Source: Eledone cirrhosa
Lineage: Eukaryota
Assembly: GCA_964016885.1 (NCBI GenBank)
Contig: OZ024743.1
Location: forward strand, 191,022,001-191,086,000
Length of the DNA: 64,000 nucleotides
Direction of reading: 5' to 3'
Below are positions 25,169 to 38,404 of this stretch, in pieces; the first letter of the stretch is position 1; every line of letters begins with the position of its first letter. Under the pieces are notes generated by a model. The model worked only from the letters and a program-made list of their open reading frames with translations. It was not told where the DNA came from and ran no database searches. Made by a program: the position numbers and the translations under genes.

Positions 25169-27063
25169 CATTCGAGCAGGAGAAATGTAAAAATTGAAAC
25201 AGACACAACAACAATACATAGCATTACATTTGTTTATCTAACATATTTCATGTTGATTTATGTGAATTTTCTTCTAATTTTCATTTGGTTATTTTTCATG
25301 ATAATCCATCGAACGTTTTGTTTTGTTTGTTTTTTCTTATCAAATATTTTTCGCCAGAAGCCATATAGTAACTTAAAACTGGAATATATAGATAAGTTGT
25401 ATATATACACATAGAGATGAAAGATAACAATATTCTTTAAAATGTGAAATTACAGCCACCTTGAATCAAAATATGAAGACATATATTTCGTTTTCTGTAT
25501 GTGTCAATAACAATGGGTGTATATTATAGGAGAACGACTTTGATTTTAACTTTGCTGCAAAGCCAACAAAATATATTTCATAACAGTACAAAATACCATG
25601 TGTTCTATGACACCACTTTTCATCCAGCCAACTTTTTAATCAGATCTAATTTTTATAGAATACTAGTGTTACAAACAGCAGGTAAATAATTATTCGATGA
25701 TCATCATTGCGATATCAATTTAAAATGCTTTGTATTTCCTCGTTAGGCCATCAAAGATTTGGAAATCATATGAGAGTTGACAGAAAAAATTATTCAAGGA
25801 AATAAAACCCAAATGTATGTATATTATATATGTGTGTTTGAATGTATATATATAAATATATTTTAAATGTGTTGAGGGAAGAGGTGGAGTAGTGGCGGGT
25901 TGCAGAATGGTCCGGCGTGTGGGTGTAGGGTCAAGTTGAGGGGTGAAGTAAGTAGTTGGTGGTTATGTGTAGGTGGGGTGCATATTATGATGCGTGTGCG
26001 CATGGGTGTATGTTCAGTGTATTGTAGATAGAAGTGTGAATGTATGTGTGAATATGTGTACGTATGCGCCCGCGCACATGCTGACGCATGAATATGCACA
26101 CAGACACGCATGTATATGTGTTAGCACACATATACTCGCATCCCTGTGTACGCACTTGTGAGAACCTGTAACAAAAGTGGAGGCCTCACCAGCCAGTGAC
26201 ACGGTGTGGAAGGGCGTTGAGACAACACTTCCCTCACAACATCGAAGGAGACATCTGCCACTTTGCGAGGTGCCAAATCAGAGAATACACTTCTACAATA
26301 CTTAACGATACAAAACTAATATGCTTGAGAGATCATGCAGTGTATGAGTTAAACCGCGCTTTCGGAGTCAACTAGATCGGTTCCACGAAACTCAAACCCC
26401 ATAACAGAATTCAAGAACATTTCCAAATAAGACGTCACTGAGTGCAGTGTTTTTACACAAAGAAATATGTGGAATTATCATAACTAAAAAACTTTTTACG
26501 AAGCAAATAGACACGGTAGACCTAGGATTAGTAGAAACTCGATTTATTAGGTAGCAGGTGCTACCCTAAACCGCCAGAGTGACTTAGACACGTGGAAACA
26601 CCTATACACATACTTCGACAGATAGTAGATTTGCGAAGCTAGGAATGATCTAGACTCATGAAAAATTGTTAATCCGAAGGCGCTCACTATCAAGTGACCC
26701 ATACTAACCCAACAACAAGGTTCGTAGACTGGAGCGGCATGACCTTTCGCGGTAATTCTACTAACACTAATAATAATCCTAATACTACCGCTAACCCTAA
26801 ACCTAATTTTAATTTTTACACTAACTCTCACACACTCATCTTTCTATACTTCTACCTTCTCCTAAACGAGCAATAAAACACAAAACATATACCGCTTTTA
26901 AACAAATTTTTATCTCGTTTATTTTATTTTATTTTACTTTAAATTCTCTCTCCCAGCTCCGTATGGTGACGCTTCTTACCTTGCCCTGAACCACACGCAA
27001 TGCAGGAAAATTACAAAGCCCTCTGTAAATACAACAATTTTGCTTAACATACTCCAATGCATT

Positions 27064-27331
27064 GCGGTGGAATGGCAGTATCGGTAGAGGGTCGGACGCC
27101 ATGCTTTCCAGCATAGTTTCGTCCCTTAACGATTTGAGTTCAAATCCCGCCGAGTTTGACTTTGCCTTTCATTTTTACGGGGTCGATAAAATAAAGTACC
27201 AGTAATGCACTGGGTAATTGCTGGCCTTGTGCCTAAAGTAGAAACAATTAAATATATATATATATATATATACATATAAAGCACCAGTAAAATACTAGGA
27301 TAATTGCTGGCCTTGTGCCAAAAGTAGAAAC

Positions 27332-27335
<4 letters not shown>
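27064..27335 (+). mobile_element. tRNA-type SINE with a duplicated 3' tail separated by (TA)n
   Basis: Full copy at 27064-27249; second tail accagt...taattgctggccttgtgccaaaagtagaaacaatt at about 27280-27335. Confidence 0.85.
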
Positions 27336-27387
<52 letters not shown>

Positions 27388-27389
<2 letters not shown>

Positions 27390-29470
27390 TAGCAGTGGTA
27401 CCCGGCGTTACACGAGATAAGGTATTTTGGAACGTGGGCTGCCAACAGACCTAATCGTGGAAAAACTGCATGCCTGGACAATATGTAAAGAAAATAAACC
27501 GAATACTCTGATGGCTCGATAATCTTTAAGATTTTCCTCGATGAAGCAGGGAAAAATGCAGGTTTTCACCAAAGGGATCAAGAAATTTTTTTTTTTATGT
27601 GCATAATATGCCTTGACATTTCGAGAACATCGGCTAAACGTAACTCCTCAAGTAAGCCCTAAAAATCTGAAAAGCTGAAAAAATGAAGTTTTTCACCTAA
27701 TACGCGACCTAGGCCATAAAAAAGTTGGATTTTCTTTGCTCACGGTATGAAGAAGAGACTGACTAATGTATAGTTACAATTTCAAGGAAATCGGTCTGAC
27801 GTAACGCATCGAAAAAACCCTAAAAAGCTTAAAAAACTCAGCTTTTCACCTAATGATGGTTATATATTATAAGGAGATTATCAGCAGCAACAACCGCAAA
27901 TTCGATGGCAACCTTCTTCAAACCACAAATTCAATGGCAACCTTCTTCAAATGGTCCTTGGCATGGTGTCAAGTCAGAACCGCCTCGAACTGGTTACTTC
28001 TGGCTTGTGCAAGGTGTCACTATAGCAACCAGCGATTCCCTCGGCCTCAGTGACCAAATTCAGTGGAGAGGGGAAGGTAATGTTTCTATAGCGTCAGTGT
28101 TTCTCTTGGTAGTACCAAAGTGGAGAAAGAAAGGGGAAGGTAATATTTCTGTAGCACCTACATTTGAGTTTTAGGGAAGGACAGACAGACAGACAGACAA
28201 ACAGAGAAATGCCCATATATTTCTGTGTGTGTATATATATATATATATATATTATACACACAGAAATGTATATATATTTCTGTGTGTGTGTATATATATA
28301 TATTACACACACAGAAAAGTATATATTTCTGTGTGCATATATATATATATTTCTCTGTGTGTATATATATATATATTACACACACACAGAAATGTATATA
28401 TGTTTCTTTAGCACTCCTCAATTCCCCCCTCTCTCCCTCCCGCTATCCCCCTCTTGTAGTCTGTCTCCTTCTTTCACTCTCACTCTCTCTCTAGGCGTGC
28501 GCAAAAAACATTCGCACACGCGCACGTGTTTTAGCGTCTATTCACTCTCTCTCTCTCTCTCCCTCTCTCCCTCCCGCTTTCCCCCTCTCATAGTATGTCT
28601 CCTTCTTTCACTCTCACTCTCTCTCTACGCGTGCCAAAAAACATTCGCATGCGCGCACGTGTTTCCACTGTCGGACAGACAGACAGAGAAATTGCTGGTT
28701 ATATATTATAAGGAGGCTAGCAGAAAACCGCACACCGGGTGGTTTTCTGCTAGTATATATATATATATATATATTACACACACAGAAATGTATATATATT
28801 TCTTTGTGGTTATATATATATATATATATATATATTACACACACAGAAATGTATATATATATTTCTGTGCGTATATATATATATTTCTGTGTGTGTATAT
28901 ATATATTACACACACACAGAAATGTATACATATTTCTGTAGCACTCCTCAATTCCCCCTGTCTCCCTCCACTCTGGTACTACCAAGAGAAACACTGTCGC
29001 TATAGAAACATTGCCTTCCCCTCTCCACTGAATTTGCTCTCCACTTTCACTCTCACTCACTCTCTACGCGTGCGCAAAAAACATTCGCACGCGCGCACGT
29101 GTTTGGACTGTCGGACAGACAGATAGACGAACATGAGAAATTGCTGGTTATATATTATAAGGAGATTATCAGCAGCAACAACCACAAATTCGATGGCAAC
29201 CTTCTTCAAACCACAAATTCAATGGCAACCTTCTTCAAATGGTCCTTGGCATGGTGTCAAGTCAGAACCGCCTCGAACTGGTTACTTCTGGCTTGTGCAA
29301 GGTGTCTCTATAGCAACCAGCTATTCCCTCGGCCTCAGTGACCAAATTCAGTGGAGAGGGGAAGGCAATGTTTCTATAGCGACAGTGTTTCTCTTGGTAG
29401 TACCAGAGTGGAGAAAGGAAGGGGAAGGTAATATTTCTGTAGCACCTAAATTTGAGTTTTAGGGAAGGAG

Positions 29471-29501
<31 letters not shown>

Positions 29502-29519
29502 GAAATGACCATATATTTC

Positions 29520-29572
<53 letters not shown>

Positions 29573-29612
29573 CACACACAGAAATGTATATATATTTCTG
29601 TGTGTGTGTGTG

Positions 29613-29671
<59 letters not shown>

Positions 29672-30155
29672 CACACACAGAAATGTATATATTTCTGTGT
29701 GTATATATATATATTTCTGTGTGCGTATATATATATATATTACACACACACAGAAATGCATATATGTTTCTTTAGCACTCCTCAATTCCCCCCTCTCTCC
29801 CTCCCGCTTTCCCCCTCTTGTAGTCTGTCTCTTTCTTTCACTCTCACTCTCTCTCTACGCGTGCGCAAAAAACATTCGCACACGCGCACGTGTTTTAGCG
29901 TCTATTCACTCTCTCTGTCTCTCCCTGTCTCCCTCCCGCTTTCCCCCTCTCGTAGTCTGTCTCTTTCTTTCACTCTCAGTCTCTCTCTACGCGTGCCAAA
30001 AAACATTCGCATGCGCGCACGTGTTTCCACTGTCGGACAGACAAACAGAGAAATTGCTGGTTATATATTATAAGCAGACTAGCAGAAAGCCGCCAACGGG
30101 TGGTTTTCTGCTAGTATATATATATATTACACACACAGAAATGAATATATATTTC

Positions 30156-30229
<74 letters not shown>

Positions 30230-30469
30230 TTAAAATAACAGATTAAAGTTTAAGCAAAGAATCCGTGCTTGAAATATCCAGTTCTGCGTTTACAGATTGA
30301 CTTTGTTAGTTTCAGAAGATCCCGTTAAGGGTGAAAGCAGCGATTCTTTGCTTAAACTTTAATCTGTTATTTTAATAAATATTTGCTCTACGGTTCTTAT
30401 ATATTTGATATATATTTTCCTTATCGAGCCCTCTTTGGATTTTAGTCTTCAATTTTATTATTATTACTA

Positions 30470-30532
<63 letters not shown>

Positions 30533-31665
30533 CACACACAGAAATTTATATATATTTCTGTGTGTGTATATATATATTACACAGACAGAAATGTATATAT
30601 ATTTCTGTGTATGTGTATATTTATATATATATATTACACACAGAAATGTATATATATTTCGGTGTGTTTATATATAAATATATATATATATATATTACAC
30701 ACACAGAAATGTATATATATTTCTGTGAGTATAAATATATATATTACACACACAGAAATGTATATATATTTCTGTGTGTATATATATATATTTCTGTGTG
30801 TGTATATATATATATATTACACACACACAGAAATGTATATATGTTTCTTTAGCACTCCTCAATTCCCCCCTCTCTCCCTCCCGCTATCCCCCTCTTGTAG
30901 TCTGTCCCTTTCTTTCACTCTCACTCTCTCTCTACGCGTGCGCAAAAAACATTCGCACACGCGCACGTGTTTTAGCGTCAATTCACTCCCTCTCTCCCGC
31001 TCTACCTCCCGCTTTCCCCCTCTCGTAGTCTGTCTCTTTCTTTCACTCTTACTCTCTCTCTACGCGTGCCAAAAAACATTCGCATGCGCGCACGTGTTTC
31101 CACTGTCGGACAGACAGACAGAGAAATTGCTGCTTATATATTATAAGGAGACTAGCAGAAAACCGCCCCGCGGGTGGGTTTCTGCTAGTATATATATATA
31201 TTACACACACAGAAATGTATATATATTTCTGCGTGTATATATATATATATTACACACACAGAAATGTATATATATTTCTGTGTGTATATATATATATATA
31301 TTTCTGTGTGTGTATATATATATATATTACACACACACAGAAATGTATATATGTTTCTGTAGCCCTCCTCAATTCCCCCCTCTCTCCCTCCCGCTATCCC
31401 CCTCTTGTAGTCTGTCTCTTTCTTTCACTCTCGCTCTCTCTCTCTACGCGTGCGCAAAAAACATTCCCACGCGCGCACGTGTTTTAACGTCTATTCACTC
31501 TCTCTCTCTCCCTCTCTCCCTCCCGCTATCCCCCTCTCGTAGTCTGTCTCTTTCTTTCACTCTCACTCTCTCTCTACGCGTAACAAAAAACATTCGCACG
31601 CGCGCACGTGTTTCCACTGTCGGACAGACAGACAGAGAAATTGCTGGTTATATATTATAAGGAGA
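27388..31665 (+). mobile_element. Helentron/HINE-like (rolling-circle-type) non-autonomous element expanded into a mosaic tandem array
   Basis: Starts actagcag...cccggcgtt after (TA)n; contains aatttcaaggaaatcgg; six ends of the ttatatattataag type, mostly preceded by (GACA)n; hairpins ctagcagaaa...tttctgctag at about 28718, 30079 and 31151. Family assignment is by resemblance only. Confidence 0.6.
30227..30470 (+). mobile_element. Short inverted-repeat element with a degenerate hammerhead, inserted into a (TA)n tract of the array
   Basis: 37-bp inverted repeats at 30227-30263 and 30342-30378; cagaaga-t-ccc-gttaa-ggg-t-gaaa-gcagcg at 30313-30342. Confidence 0.55.
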
Positions 31666-31667
31666 TA

Positions 31668-31756
31668 TATAATGTTATTCCGGAAGTAACCACAGTGAGT
31701 AGGGTACTCAAATGATTTCTCACGAATGAAACAGACAGTTCTCGTCCTGTAGAAGC
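31668..31756 (+). mobile_element. Fold-back fragment of the same hammerhead element family as 54148-54340
   Basis: 31712-31756 matches 54191-54231; 31686-31711 is the reverse complement of about 54268-54292. Confidence 0.65.
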
Positions 31757-31776
31757 TCTTCTCTCTCTCTCTCTCC

Positions 31777-31874
<98 letters not shown>

Positions 31875-32154
31875 TAGGTGGTTCAGTGAATTACTGGTGT
31901 TGGTACAAAAGCAAGCACTATATGCACAGGCCGCGTGTTTATATTTGAATAAAACGAGGAAGTTGCGTTTACATATAGAAGATATTTATTGTGTATCGAC
32001 CTGTTACGCACGTTTCGTAGAGGATTGGCTCAAGTTCCTCCATAGGAGTTATGGACAACGACTCTACTATCGATCTGCTCTTCACACTGGAGATGTGACA
32101 AACACATTTTTTCTAATATATATATAAACATATATATATATATGTGAGTGTGCT

Positions 32155-32241
<87 letters not shown>

Positions 32242-33769
32242 GTGTATGTTTATTACTCGAAGCACTTGGATCATTTGAAATTTGGAAATATGGGAATTCG
32301 AAACCCTGATAAACATTGTAATAACATTCTATCGCTTTAAATAATAGCTTTAGAAATTAAGTAAATACCTAACAGACAGGAGAAGGTGACCAGCAGGCAC
32401 AACGGACAATCGAACTTCGTATCTCTTGAATTTTCGATATAGGCTTACCTTTGCTTAGTAAATTTTACCAGATTTTTTAAAGTTATATATATCAATAAAC
32501 TGTTACATTTATTATCGGCATTTGAAACCCCCGTAGTTTCAAATATATACTTTTTTTCTTGAAAACACAACTGTGCTTTAGTCTTACCTCATTTTCATTG
32601 AGGATCCTTTATTTGAAAGGAGGGAAATTTACATAAAACTAAGAAAATATATTTGAAGAATAGGTTGAGATACGTTTGATTTGTTACTATCAAAGATATA
32701 TTTTAGTTGAACGTGATTTTCATTAATTGGAGCATGACCGATTTTATATCATGATTGCATGCATGATATTCCAGTAAAAATATCTGATAAAAAATGACGC
32801 AAGCTTTCTTAAAGGAAAAGCTAGTTTAATATGTCTTCTCTTTTATTGAGAATTCAAAGCTTTTTTCTGACTGCAAACATATTATCATGTTTCCAGGTAA
32901 CGTTTTAAACTTTTGATGGTTATTTCCTTGTATTCTGTTTCAAGGAGTGTCTCTACTAGTTTTGATTATGATGGTTTGGAAGATGATTATTATTTATTTA
33001 AATTAGTGTGAACTACCAATCCTAACATCGATAGAGATTTTACAATTATCTAATTATGTAAAGGAATAAAACCCTAACGAAAACAAGTTTTGCACACAAA
33101 TCTTTCCCGAAATAAAAGAGATGAAGTAACATTAATTAAAATGAATCAGAAAAATAAAATCAATACCCGTTTTTAAATTTCAAACATTCATCATAGAACT
33201 ATATATATAAAATTGTAACACGTAACCTTGGTTTATGCAGCAATATATTTTGCACTAATCGTTTTCAAAACCTAACCATGTTTCACGTTTTTCCATTGCT
33301 TTAATCTCAGGTGTCAGATTGTGTGCGGTTTAGTGTCGGGGAGACGAGGGGTCGTGTTGCTACATTCTTGTAGTGAGGAAGAAGCTATATTTGGGATTTG
33401 TGTAACTAGAAATAAATAACCATATAAATCATGAACTGTCGTATGAATATATGATAAAGACAAGCTAAGGATCAAGGTTTTATCGATTGGTATGGTTTCT
33501 TCAAGTTTGTGGAAGTTTTGTATCGAATTCTGTCAGTTTGCAAGGATAATGATTGAGATGACAAAATCGAATACAGGGTAACTCAAAAGCAACTAGCCCC
33601 GCGCACATTTTGTGTCACTGTATATTCATATTCTAACCGATCAACCTTAAATTTCAGGACGTGGCAGAGACAGCAAGACCCCAATGGGATTTCCAGCATC
33701 AGATGTTCTGTGTGAAGCATTACTATAATTGTGAGTTGTACAAGCAGGCCCGGGAACAATTCCATGCAT

Positions 33770-34555
33770 TTATTTTTTGAACGGACAAATATCCCTTAAG
33801 AAGCTAATATACAAAACTGGGTAAAGAGGTTTGAGACAGTAGATAACCTCTGCACATTGTCTGAGGACCATTCTTTTACTCGGGCGCTGCTGACAAGGTT
33901 CGGGGTTCTGTTGGACACAGCCCAAAACGATCACTGTGTATGAGAAGCCAATCCTTGTGCCTCACCACAGACAATTGCAGAGGGGTTGGCAAAGAGGATT
34001 TTAAGACGTACCCCTACAAAGTACATATTAGACAAAACCTTAGTGTAACTGATAAGATCAAGTGAAAAGCTATGGCTGAGAAAATGCTGGAAAAGATGGA
34101 AAACAACCCAAGTTCTCTGAATCTGCTGGGGATCTCTGATGAAACCCACTTTCACTTAGAGGGGGAAGATCAACTCTAAGAACAATGAGTTCCGGGGTGG
34201 GGTCAATAACCCATTGAATTGAATGTGTAACCCCTCCACTCGGCTGAATGTACTATCTGGGTTTCCATTTATGAGAAAGAGAGATTATTAGCCCATTCTC
34301 TTAAACGAAAATGGTGTCACTAACACAGTCACAACAGAACGCTATATTGTGGTCTTGGAAAACCATATACTCATCTCTAATGAATAAGTCCTCGTTCCAG
34401 CAAGAGGAAACAAGCCTTCTCATTTCCAATGTGCCGCTAGAAAGACTGAAATTTATCATTAGGAAGCGGTTGATTAGTTTGAAGATTTGTTTTGTGTGGC
34501 CCACACAACTCTGATTAAACCACCCAGATTTCTGTCTTTGGAGTTATCTGAATAA
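33770..34555 (+). pseudogene. Decayed Tc1/mariner-superfamily transposase (DUF4817/DD37D-like)
   Basis: Residual IQNWVKRFET, SDETHFHLEG, PLHSAECTIW, TVTTERY, FQQE, and WP...LNHPDFCLWSYL (SPDLNP-D motif) across frameshifts. Confidence 0.7.
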
Positions 34556-35679
34556 GACGTTAAATGTCAAGATCTGTTTGTATATACGTTATGCTAAACC
34601 TCAGCATGCGCATGGAAAAGAGCTTGGATTGAAATGGGAATCTCTTGGAATATGCGCAGCAACTTGGGACTCAAATATCAGGAGATAGTGTAATTTTATA
34701 TGGTGTATGTACTGGGTTTGGACTAATTATATTCGGATTTTCATCAGTTTCTATCACAAAAATTAATAATGCAGACAAAAATAAGTTGGAACTTTTGACG
34801 TTATGAAACGATTTATTACAAAGATTACTCATATGGTAATTATTCAGAATCACACATACATACCTTTATTTCCTTTGCAATAACGCCAATGGCGGGATTA
34901 AATTGGTCTCCACATTAGCATATTTGTGCAAAAGTTCATATACAGTATTTTGAAATAATTTGGAAACCTAACACAATATATTCGTGTCATTATATTTTAG
35001 AATCTGATATTAACTTGATAAGATCACGAAACATGTTTCAATATTAAGCGCTATGGAATACCAAAATTCTCAAGTCAGCAATATTGTTTAAATTTCAGAA
35101 CGGATCAATAACCGGTTTATCTGCTTCAACATTTTTAGGAAACTTTCATTACACCAAGCTATTGAAGAAATAGTTCTTGAATTTATAAATCATTTTGAAA
35201 GAATAGGTTTTAGATATTGAATTACAAATGCAAAACTATTTGAAGTGATTTCTTTTCTATTGTGTTCAAACTATGTGAAACACGCCTTTCTCTGTTCATA
35301 AAAAGAGAAACATGAGATGAAAGGGATCCTTTTTCCTCAAGCTTATCTTGATATTGTGTTGTTTTAAAAAGAACATACGTTAGATAATTTCTAGTACAAC
35401 TTACTTGCTGAATATATTTGATATATTTGACACACGAGAAACGATACCCTTTTCTTAAAATGCAAAGCCACAGTTAGGAACGTCCTAGGGAATTAACATT
35501 ATTTGGGCTTAGATGGGATAAAATCAAATTACGGGATGGCTGTAAAAAGAAATCATACATATTCATTTATATTCCCATCAGGCTTCACTCTCCTGTCATT
35601 TCTTCATGCACACATTCTTACACACAGACATACATATGTATACATACATACACACATATCAACAATAAATATATATATG

Positions 35680-35680
35680 A

Positions 35681-35758
<78 letters not shown>

Positions 35759-35770
35759 TATATATATATA

Positions 35771-35802
<32 letters not shown>

Positions 35803-35807
35803 GTATC

Positions 35808-35872
<65 letters not shown>
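35680..35872. repeat. Long (TA)n microsatellite
   Basis: Direct reading. Similar (TA)n, (TG)n and (GA)n tracts occur at about 18312-18437, 24473-24767, 31758-31871, 32116-32250, 40741-40808 and 59565-59760. Confidence 0.97.
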
Positions 35873-35873
<1 letters not shown>

Positions 35874-38404
35874 GTTATGCGAATTATTCACTAAAGGTAT
35901 ATTGATTTCTCAATGCTTTGTGAAAAATCTCTTACTAGAATTCAATATGAAGTGAGGAATACAAATCGATTCATTAAGTTTATTATAAGACTTATTTGTT
36001 ATAATTCCAACCTTCCTAACGTGTCAAGAATACGAAAATTAAAAAGTTTCCTTAATTTGACTGCTTGTGCATGTTTCTGGTTTATAGAATTCATGAATCT
36101 AACAGTTTTCTCATCTTGGAAAGTGTTATTTCATTGCTATATGGAGCAGCTACAAGGCTTTAAATCCCAGCGAATGAAAGCATTTGAAATTGTTTCCTGC
36201 TATATATATACACGCAAAAAAGTAAAGCAGTGATGAGGTTATTTATATTGGGTGCTGGTGTTCTTATTCAGATTTAGTAGAATTATATTGTTGAGTCATT
36301 CATCACAAATTCAGCAAAGTTTGATTTGGTAAAATAACGGGTTAAGAGAGCAGCTCTCCCGAAGAATCTATGCTAAGAGTGCGAAAATTTGCTGTGGCTT
36401 TTCCCAATCGGTGGGTTATGGATCACACTCTACTACATACTGACTCGTGGGTGCACTCGTAACATAATATGGTGAATAAAAACATATCTTAATCAATTGA
36501 AATTGCACCAGTAATAATAATAATAAATATTGCTTTAATGTCAATTCTTGTCAAGAAAGGAAAGGAAGATGACTTATGCATTCAAGGGGGTTAAAAATTA
36601 AATAGAAACATTCAGTGGTAATTGTCGCTAATCATAAGTAGGAATCATGAAAACTCGAAAGTTGTTTCGTCAGTGTTATTTGTAATTAGATGTGAAACTT
36701 CAATGGACTAAAATTTATTTTCGGTTTACTGAATTATGTTATCCGTCACTTAGCTATAATGTTCGTTTGTGCAGAAGGCATTTCCAGGAAATGTACTGAT
36801 AGTTTCACAACACTTCATTGGTAACGCGATAGATTTGATTACCTTGCAATTCCTTCGGCTGCCTTCAAACTTAAATTTTCGGAATCAAAAGACGAAATTA
36901 AAACAAACGATAGGAATTTAGACGAAAGAATTACTTTAGAACGGAAATCGTTTGAAACCTACTTCGGCCAATTGTATAGTATTCACACTTTCATATTCTA
37001 TTTACGATGTTTAAATGTTTATCTATATTTTCTGTCTCGGGTGTTTATCATCCGTGTTTAAGTAAATACATTTGTATATAACGCATTACAAACAGCAATA
37101 AAGAAGGTTTAGTCAACTCTTAAATCAAATACTTGAGTTCCAGCTTGATAGTTTAGCAAAATAAAAGTCATATCTAAAATGGTAGCAGATATAGTGAAAA
37201 TAAAGGCCTCAATGCATTTGGCATTAAACAAAGCTGCAAATACAGAGTAAAAATATTAGATTATAGTTACATATTATGAAACTTACAAACGAGTAGGGAT
37301 GTCGAGTGGCAGAATAATTAGTGTGTCAGACAAATTCCTCTCCTTCCGTTTGTATATTTGTGTATATATACATACATTCCCACATACTCATGCATTGCAT
37401 ATGTATATATATTTATGTGCGTGTGTGCGTGTGTGTGTGCGCGTGTATGTGCGTGTGTGTGCGTGTGTGTGTGTACAAGCGGCCACTCGGCCTTTGCTCC
37501 GGTCTGTAAGGTGTGCTCAAATCAATTCATAAAGGAGCTATTGCCATCTGTCGTTGTCTCAATTTTCCTAAGATAAAAATATATTAAAAGGTATTTAGAT
37601 ATGTATAAGATAATTATTTTTAATATTTAGAATATCTAAATACAGAAAGTAATAAAGAAAATGATATTAAAATGTATTCTACGAAAATTATAAACCATGT
37701 GCAGAACTTCGGTATATATATACAGTTTTTAACTTTTTTTCTTTGGAGAATATATGAAGAGTTTGTGGAGTCTTCCTCGGCTGGAATAACCTATATATAA
37801 TTGACATTGTGAGAAACAACCTCTTCTAGATGGAGACCGACAACCTGCAGGATTTAACCTTGTTTTTTTTTTTCAAGGATTGCTCTTTCGCACAGCCACT
37901 AATCATGGGAATGGTGGAATAGAAATTGTGGAACACGAAATTAATTAAGCATACAAAGCTGTCCACAACAGTACAAAATGATGAAGGATCAAAATATCCT
38001 TCATTATCAAAACATCCTTCATTATCAATTCTATAAATTCAAACGACTGAGATGTCCTTATATAACTCTATAACTCCGAGTTTTGACATCCCTTCCCGCT
38101 TCTGTTATTCACACTAAAGTAATCTCCGAGTTTGAGAAAATCCGATGGTCCATTCCTCGCCCGCCATTTCGTTTTCGGAAAAAAGGCAATTGCAAGCATA
38201 TTGGAGATCAGATTAGTTAGAAATACAAAACATAGGTAAAAATAATTCTTCATGATCCTCATATATATATATATGCGAGAAAACCACAAACCCTCCAGCT
38301 CAATTCTACTTTTGAAAAGCAGGAACTGCGAAACCGGTAAAGGAACCAAATAAATATTTTTAAAAAGACTCCATTTGCATTTTCGATTTCATCTTTTTTC
38401 CCTA

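Noticed and set aside
26755-26830. Interstitial telomere (ctaaccctaaacctaa)
   Set aside because: Too degenerate and short; such tracts are common inside interspersed repeats.
28164-31660. Long ORFs (320 aa, 366 aa) and many YIYI/CVCV/ERER ORFs across the window
   Set aside because: These are translations of microsatellites and tandem repeats that lack stop codons.
27388-31665. CRISPR-like repeat-spacer array
   Set aside because: Eukaryotic context, spacers are microsatellites or duplicated modules, and there are no cas genes.
33305-33415. Possible terminal exon (either strand) next to AT-rich UTR-like DNA
   Set aside because: Short, with no recognisable protein and no supporting upstream exon.
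34864-34967. Minus-strand exon candidate with good AG and GTATGT signals
   Set aside because: All three frames contain stops and I found no consistent neighbouring exons.
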